Shown: positions 7,302 through 11,589 of the stretch, one piece after another
Layout: each line of letters starts with the position of its first letter
How positions within the stretch are numbered: the stretch's first letter is position 1
NCBI GenBank assembly: GCA_963847625.1
Contig: CAWKAR010000001.1
Coordinates: 1 to 11,589 of the forward strand
Direction: 5' to 3'
DNA: 11,589 bases
Origin: a candidate division FCPU426 bacterium
GTDB taxonomy: Bacteria; Oederibacteriota; Muellerivitia; Muellerivitales; Muellerivitaceae
The notes under the pieces: generated by a model
What the model was told of the DNA's origin: nothing
Seen by the model: the letters and a program-made list of their open reading frames with translations, nothing else
The model's database searches: none
Made by a program: the position numbers and the translations under genes

Positions 7302-10300
7302 TTACTTTAACAAAAGGACCCGTTTAATTTTCCGGTCATAGGGTTCGATCAGGTAGAAAATGTAAACCCCGCTCGCGCATTGATCCCCGAATTTGTTCTT
7401 CCCGTCCCAATGGTAAGAAGCTGAAATCGGGCTTTCCAAATGCTGCTCATCCAGGGTTTGGACGTGCTCACCAGCCGAATTGTAAATCCTCAGGGAATAG
7501 GCCCCTGGATACTGGCAATAGGACACATAGATCGATACAGGCCCCTGGGATGGGAATAACCTATTTTCCGAGATGTAGAACACATCGCAGGACGGAAGCG
7601 CAGTTGAGGTCGGCGTATTCGTCACGGTGGCTGTCATCGTCTTCGTAAGGGTGCTGGTGGGCGTCGAAGTGTAAGTGTGGGTCGGCGTAGACGTCGGCGT
7701 ATTCGTCGGCGTCAGCGTGTAGGTTTGGGTGGGCGTGGGAGTCAAGGTCGGCGTATTGGTAGTGGTACTTGTGCTAGTCACCGTAAAGGTATTCGTTGGA
7801 GTGTTGGTCGTCGTCGCCGAGGAAGTCGGGGTCGGCGTGTTCGATGAAGTGGGTGTCGGAGTGGGAGTGGAGGTGTTTGTGAGAGTGCTGGTATTCGCCA
7901 GCGTGTAAGTTTCTGTCGGCGTGCTGCTGGCCGTCGGCGTGAAGGTATCGGTCGGAGTATACGTCGAAGTCGGTGTCAGGGTTTCCGTCGGGGTGTTTGT
8001 GAGAGTGTCGGTATTCGTCGGTGTGTCGGTTTGCGTTGAGGTGGAAGTGGATGTCGACGTGAAGAGGGGGGTGTAGGTTGAGGTGGGGGTATCGGCGGGG
8101 GTGCTGGTTGAAGTCAGGGTCGGCGTAGAGGTAGGTGTATCCGTTGAAGTTGGCGTTGGGGTGGAGGTATTTGTCGGCGTGTCCGTCAGTGTGGGAGTGT
8201 CCGTAGCGGTCAGTGTGATCGTGGGTGTGTTCGTGGGTGAGGTAGTCCCGGTCGGGGAATCCGTCGGCGAAAGCGTGATGGTGGGCGTAGGGGTTGGAGT
8301 GGGCGTGTTCGTCGGCGTCCTTGTCGGCGTATTCGTCGGGGTGAGCGAGGCTGTTGTCGTCGGGGTGGACGTCGGGGTATTCGTCGGTGTGTTTGTTGGC
8401 GTGTTCGTCGGAGTGAACGAGGGTGTCGTTGCCGGAGTCGCCGTCGGCGTGGTCGTGGGTGTGTTAGTCGGGGTATTCGTCGGGGTAGGCGAGGGTGTGA
8501 TCGTGGGCGTGGGAGTCGACGTGGATGTGGGCGTGCGAGTTGGCGTGTTGGTCGGGGTATTCGTGGGTGACGTGGTGCCGGTCGGACATGGGGTCGGCGA
8601 AGGCGTGTTCGTCGGGGTGTTCGTTGGCGTCGGAGTGGGGGTAATGGTAGGCGTAGGGGTCGGTGTAGCTGTAGGCGTCCTTGTGGGAGTGTTGGTCGGG
8701 GTGGGTGAGGGTGTCGTCGTCGGGGTCGGCGTAGGAGTGGGGGTCGGCGTCCTCGTGGGCGTGTTGGTTGGAGTGGGCGAGGGGGTTGTCGTTGGGGTCG
8801 GGGTCGGCGTGTTCGTGGGTGTATTCGTGGGGATATTCGTCGGCGTGGGTGTGGGCGTCGTTGTCGGGGTAAGGGTGGGTGTGGGGGTAGGAGTCCTTGT
8901 TGGCGTGTTCGTCGGCGTGGGTGTGGGTGTGATCGTGGGCGTGGGAGTCGACGTGGGTGTGTTCGTTCGCGTGGGCGTGTTGGTCGGGGTGTTCGTGGGT
9001 GATGTGGTGCCGGTCGGGCTGGGAGTCGGCGTGAGCGTGTGCGTGGGTGTGTTGGTCGGGGTCGGCGTAGGGGTTATGGTAGGCGTAGGGGTTGGGGTGG
9101 ACGTGGGCGTCCTCGTGGGCGTATTGGTCGGGGTCGGAGTAGGTGTGGTCGTCGGGGTCGGTGTGCGTGTGGGCGTGTTCGTGGGAGTATTGGTCGGCGT
9201 CGGAGTGGGGCTTGTGGTTGGCGTGGAAGTCGGTGTGTTGGTTGGAGTTCTCGTCGGTGTATTAGTCGGAGTTGGAGTAGGGGATGTGGTTGGCGTGGGG
9301 GTGGGGGTTCGGGTTGGGGTGTTTGTGGGGGTATTGGTCGGCGTCAGAGTGGGGCTTGTGGTTGGCGTAGAAGTCGGTGTGTTAGTTGGAGTTCTCGTCG
9401 GTGTATTAGTCGGGGTTGGAGTAGGGGATGTGGTTGGCGTGGGGGTGGGGGTTCGGGTTGGGGTGTTTGTGGGGGTATTGGTCGGCGTCGGAGTGGGGCT
9501 TACCGTCGGGGTCGGCGTAGGCGTGGGAGAAGGTGTTCTTGTCGGCGTATTGGTCGGAGTAGAGGTTGGCGATACTGTGGGCGTGGGGGTGGGGGTTCGG
9601 GTCGGGGTGTTTGTGGGGGTATTGGTCGGCGTCGGAGTGGGGCTTACCGTCGGGGTCGGCGTGGGAGAAGGTGTTCTTGTCGGCGTATTGGTGGGGGTTG
9701 GCGACACCGTGGGCGTGGGGGTCGGGGTCGGGGTCCTCGTTGGAGTTGGAGTGAGCGTGGGGGTGTAAGTATAGGTATAAGTGTTGGTATGAGTGAATGT
9801 GGGAGTGACGGCTGGGGTTGGGGTATAGGTATTGGTGTTGGTGGGAGTGGGAGTATAAGTATAGGTGTATGTGTTGGTATGGGTGAAGGTGGGAGTGACG
9901 GCTGGGGTCGGGGTATAGGTATTGGTGTGCGTGGGGGTATTCGTAAAAGTATAGGTATAGGTGTTGGTGTGGGTGAAGGTGGGAGTGACGGCTGGGGTCG
10001 GGGTATAGGTATTGGTGTGCGTGGGGGTATTCGTAAAAGTATAGGTATAGGTGTTGGTGTGGGTGAAGGTGGGAGTGACGGCCGGAGTCGGAGTATAGGT
10101 ATAAGTGGGCGTATAGGTAAAGGTATGGGTGGGTGTGAAAGTGTTGGTGTAGCAAGGTCGGTTCACCGTTACTGTACCGGAGTTTACAGTGCCGCCGGAA
10201 TAGTTCACGCTGGCTTGGTTGGTGATCGTTTGGCATTGGTTCCCCGCCCAGTAATAATCTTCCATAGCGGCCAGAAGAGTCACGCAGGAACTCCCTGAAA

Positions 10301-11243
10301 AGTCCCCCCAACTCGCGGGGCTTCCGCCATTGGCCGCGGGTTCCGGCCAGCTGGCATTCGAATTGTAATCGATGGCGGTGCTGGAAATGGCCGGAATAAT
10401 CCAGCCGATAAAGCTGAAAGCCGTTCCGCTGCCGCCCTGGGTGTCGGTAAGCCTGACCCCGCCGCTTGTCACGGGCCCCCCGGTGTCGCAAACCACCACC
10501 TGGAAGGTCACGAACATGTCCCCGCCGCTTTCGACTTCAGACCCGGACACGAGGCTTTTGGAGACCGTCATCGTCGGCGGCCCCACGGTCGGCTGGGGCG
10601 CCGGGATGGTGGTGGATACGGATTCGAAAAGGGCCCCGCCGCAATTGCTGGTGCTGTAATCCCCAGTGTTGTCGGAGGCCGTGAATGGAACCACCTGACC
10701 TGTCACGGGGTTGAAAATGCTCTGGCCCCAACAGCAATCACCCGAGGTGGTGCTGACATTCGTCGGACTGCCCCAGCCGCTGGTGCTGTAATTGGTCGCG
10801 TACCAGTTGGTGGCGGGTGGAGTAGCGGGGTTTCCGGAGTTCACGTAATCCAACTTGACGCCGCCGGTACCGCTGGTGATTTCGGAATGCTGGCCGTTGG
10901 AACAGGTGATGTCCAGGTCCCAGGAGGAATAAAGGTTGTTGCAGGCGGTGTTTTGGGTATAGACACTGACGTAAACTGTGCTGCCGGTTAAAAGGGAGGT
11001 AGGAACGGAAATGCAACCCGGGGGGCAGGATCCGGTGCCGTCCCAGTTGCAATAAGCCACTTGGCCCAGGTAAACACCGCCTACATAGACTTGGGACCAA
11101 TCGTCACTGGCCACGCAAATTTTGGCCGATGAGGGCGTGCATTGGGCGAAACTGGTGGCGGGTATTAATGATCCCAGATTTCCCGTTATAAAAGCTAACA
11201 ACGCGATAAAAAATTTGAATCTTCGATCGGACATATTCTTCAA
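7302..11243 (-). CDS. Large secreted Thr/Pro-rich stalked surface protein: signal peptide, Cys-rich head, DUF11-like domain, ~850-aa T-X stalk, FlgD-Ig/T9SS-like C-terminal domain
   Basis: 1313-aa ORF starting at TTG 11243 or ATG 11234. The signal peptide is [28 protein letters not shown]. The C-terminus is [16 protein letters not shown]...[20 protein letters not shown]...KIKRVLLLK, followed by a double stop TAATAA. Confidence 0.92.
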   Translation of the reverse strand: MKNMSDRRFKFFIALLAFITGNLGSLIPATSFAQCTPSSAKICVASDDWSQVYVGGVYLGQVAYCNWDGTGSCPPGCISVPTSLLTGSTVYVSVYTQNTACNNLYSSWDLDITCSNGQHSEITSGTGGVKLDYVNSGNPATPPATNWYATNYSTSGWGSPTNVSTTSGDCCWGQSIFNPVTGQVVPFTASDNTGDYSTSNCGGALFESVSTTIPAPQPTVGPPTMTVSKSLVSGSEVESGGDMFVTFQVVVCDTGGPVTSGGVRLTDTQGGSGTAFSFIGWIIPAISSTAIDYNSNASWPEPAANGGSPASWGDFSGSSCVTLLAAMEDYYWAGNQCQTITNQASVNYSGGTVNSGTVTVNRPCYTNTFTPTHTFTYTPTYTYTPTPAVTPTFTHTNTYTYTFTNTPTHTNTYTPTPAVTPTFTHTNTYTYTFTNTPTHTNTYTPTPAVTPTFTHTNTYTYTYTPTPTNTNTYTPTPAVTPTFTHTNTYTYTYTPTLTPTPTRTPTPTPTPTVSPTPTNTPTRTPSPTPTPTVSPTPTPTNTPTNTPTRTPTPTPTVSPTSTPTNTPTRTPSPTPTPTPTVSPTPTPTNTPTNTPTRTPTPTPTTSPTPTPTNTPTRTPTNTPTSTPTTSPTLTPTNTPTNTPTRTPTPTPTTSPTPTPTNTPTRTPTNTPTSTPTTSPTPTPTNTPTNTPTRTPTPTTTPTPTPTNTPTRTPTSTPTPTPTITPTPTPTNTPTHTLTPTPSPTGTTSPTNTPTNTPTRTNTPTSTPTPTITPTPTPTNTPTRTPTPTPTLTPTTTPTPTPTNIPTNTPTNTPTPTPTTTPSPTPTNTPTRTPTPTPTPTPTTTPSPTPTNTPTRTPTATPTPTPTITPTPTPTNTPTNTPSPTPCPTGTTSPTNTPTNTPTRTPTSTSTPTPTITPSPTPTNTPTNTPTTTPTATPATTPSFTPTNTPTNTPTNTPTSTPTTTASLTPTNTPTRTPTNTPTPTPTPTITLSPTDSPTGTTSPTNTPTITLTATDTPTLTDTPTNTSTPTPTSTDTPTSTPTLTSTSTPADTPTSTYTPLFTSTSTSTSTQTDTPTNTDTLTNTPTETLTPTSTYTPTDTFTPTASSTPTETYTLANTSTLTNTSTPTPTPTSSNTPTPTSSATTTNTPTNTFTVTSTSTTTNTPTLTPTPTQTYTLTPTNTPTSTPTHTYTSTPTSTLTKTMTATVTNTPTSTALPSCDVFYISENRLFPSQGPVSIYVSYCQYPGAYSLRIYNSAGEHVQTLDEQHLESPISASYHWDGKNKFGDQCASGVYIFYLIEPYDRKIKRVLLLK
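9181..9740 (-). repeat. 144-bp (48-aa) tandem repeat, about 4 copies
   Basis: Units start with GTGGG(A/G)GTATTGGTCGGCGTC at 9181, 9325, 9469 and 9613. Copies 1 and 2 are closely similar to each other, as are copies 3 and 4. Confidence 0.85.
9781..10110 (-). repeat. 90-bp (30-aa) tandem repeat, about 3.5 copies
   Basis: 9871-9960 and 9961-10050 differ at one base. 9781-9870 is a diverged copy and 10051 onward is a partial copy. The unit is [30 protein letters not shown]. Confidence 0.9.
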
Positions 11244-11284
11244 TCACTTCTTTTTGAAAACTTAATCAAATTGGTTTTTTCCAC

Positions 11285-11312
11285 CTTCGGGGCCACCCGA
11301 AGATCTTTTTTT
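11285..11312 (+). terminator. Hairpin plus T tract, terminator-like in the + (antisense) orientation
   Basis: CTTCGGG-GCCA-CCCGAAG (7-bp stem) followed by ATC and T7. No + strand gene feeds into it. Confidence 0.35.
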
Positions 11313-11398
11313 GATTGAATTATTTTAGGACAACATCGAGCAGACTTGAGAAATAAAAAAAACCAATTTTATGGAGAAAAACAGGGTAAAATCTTAAA

Positions 11399-11412
11399 TG
11401 AAAGCGCTTTTT
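11399..11412. promoter_or_regulatory. Candidate LacI/CcpA-type operator
   Basis: TGAAAGCGCTTTTT with the perfect palindromic core AAAGCGCTTT, 12/14 to the symmetric cre-like TGAAAGCGCTTTCA, in the intergenic region upstream of the stalk gene. Confidence 0.4.
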
Positions 11413-11460
11413 GTATTTAGCCTTAAAACTGTTCAACCACTATATGGACTTTACTCCAGT

Positions 11461-11589
11461 TCATCTCAAGATCAGCAATTTGGTGACGAGACGCCCCTGG
11501 GGCATTTGGACAACCACGTAATAAAGGCCGTCGGCCAGAGGTTTTCCGCCCCTGTCCGTCAGGGGGATGGAAACACTGGTAGTCCCCGT
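11461..11589 (-). CDS. 3' end of an upstream secreted protein with a T9SS-like/FlgD-Ig C-terminal tail (partial)
   Basis: The minus strand reads TGTTSVSIPLTDRGGKPLADGLYYVVVQMPQGRLVTKLLILR* with TGA at 11463-11461. It shows the same G-x-Y ... K/R-hydrophobic-K/R end as the 7302 gene and is not in the ORF track. Confidence 0.8.
   Translation of the reverse strand, partial: TGTTSVSIPLTDRGGKPLADGLYYVVVQMPQGRLVTKLLILR

Larger units (their letters stand above)
7600..10150 (-). repeat. Low-complexity Thr-X coding repeat (stalk)
   Basis: About 850 codons with Thr at nearly every second position, giving a strongly G/T-rich + strand. Confidence 0.95.

Noticed and set aside
8083..9768. 561-aa Val/Gly ORF on the + strand
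   Set aside because: It is the codon-aligned antisense mirror of the Thr/Pro stalk (ACN/CCN read backwards gives V/G) and has no independent features.
9781..10110. Regular repeats considered as a CRISPR array
   Set aside because: The units are contiguous, in-frame 90-bp coding repeats with no unique spacers, and no cas genes are present.
9039..10491. 419-aa Arg/Gly (+) and 361-aa His/Pro (-) ORFs
   Set aside because: These are alternative frames of the low-complexity repeat that lack stops for compositional reasons.

Overview
All genes in this window lie on the minus strand and encode envelope or secreted proteins. In transcription order: (1) the last 42 codons of a gene running in from the right edge, ending in a T9SS-like/FlgD-Ig C-terminal tail (11461-11589, missed by the ORF track); (2) a ~1310-aa secreted protein with a Cys-rich head, a DUF11-like Ig domain, an ~850-aa Thr-X repeat stalk and a FlgD-Ig/T9SS-like tail (7302-11243); (3) an 848-aa multi-TM GT-C fold (ArnT/PMT-like) glycosyltransferase with a degenerate C-terminal PA14 domain (4560-7106); (4) a >1400-aa secreted NHL-repeat/malectin-like/Pro-Thr-linker protein (4256 to past the left edge). 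Gene 4 is split by a one-base frameshift in a G8 tract at 3494-3501, and its 1164-codon downstream frame is absent from the ORF track. It has its own near-consensus sigma70 promoter. The small + strand ORFs and the long Val/Gly and Arg/Gly ORFs are antisense shadows. The locus looks like a surface-glycoprotein cluster of Thr-rich stalked proteins, a candidate O-glycosyltransferase and a shared C-terminal sorting signal. This architecture recalls poorly characterised lineages such as candidate division FCPU426, which is inference only. No RNA genes, CRISPR arrays or mobile elements were seen.
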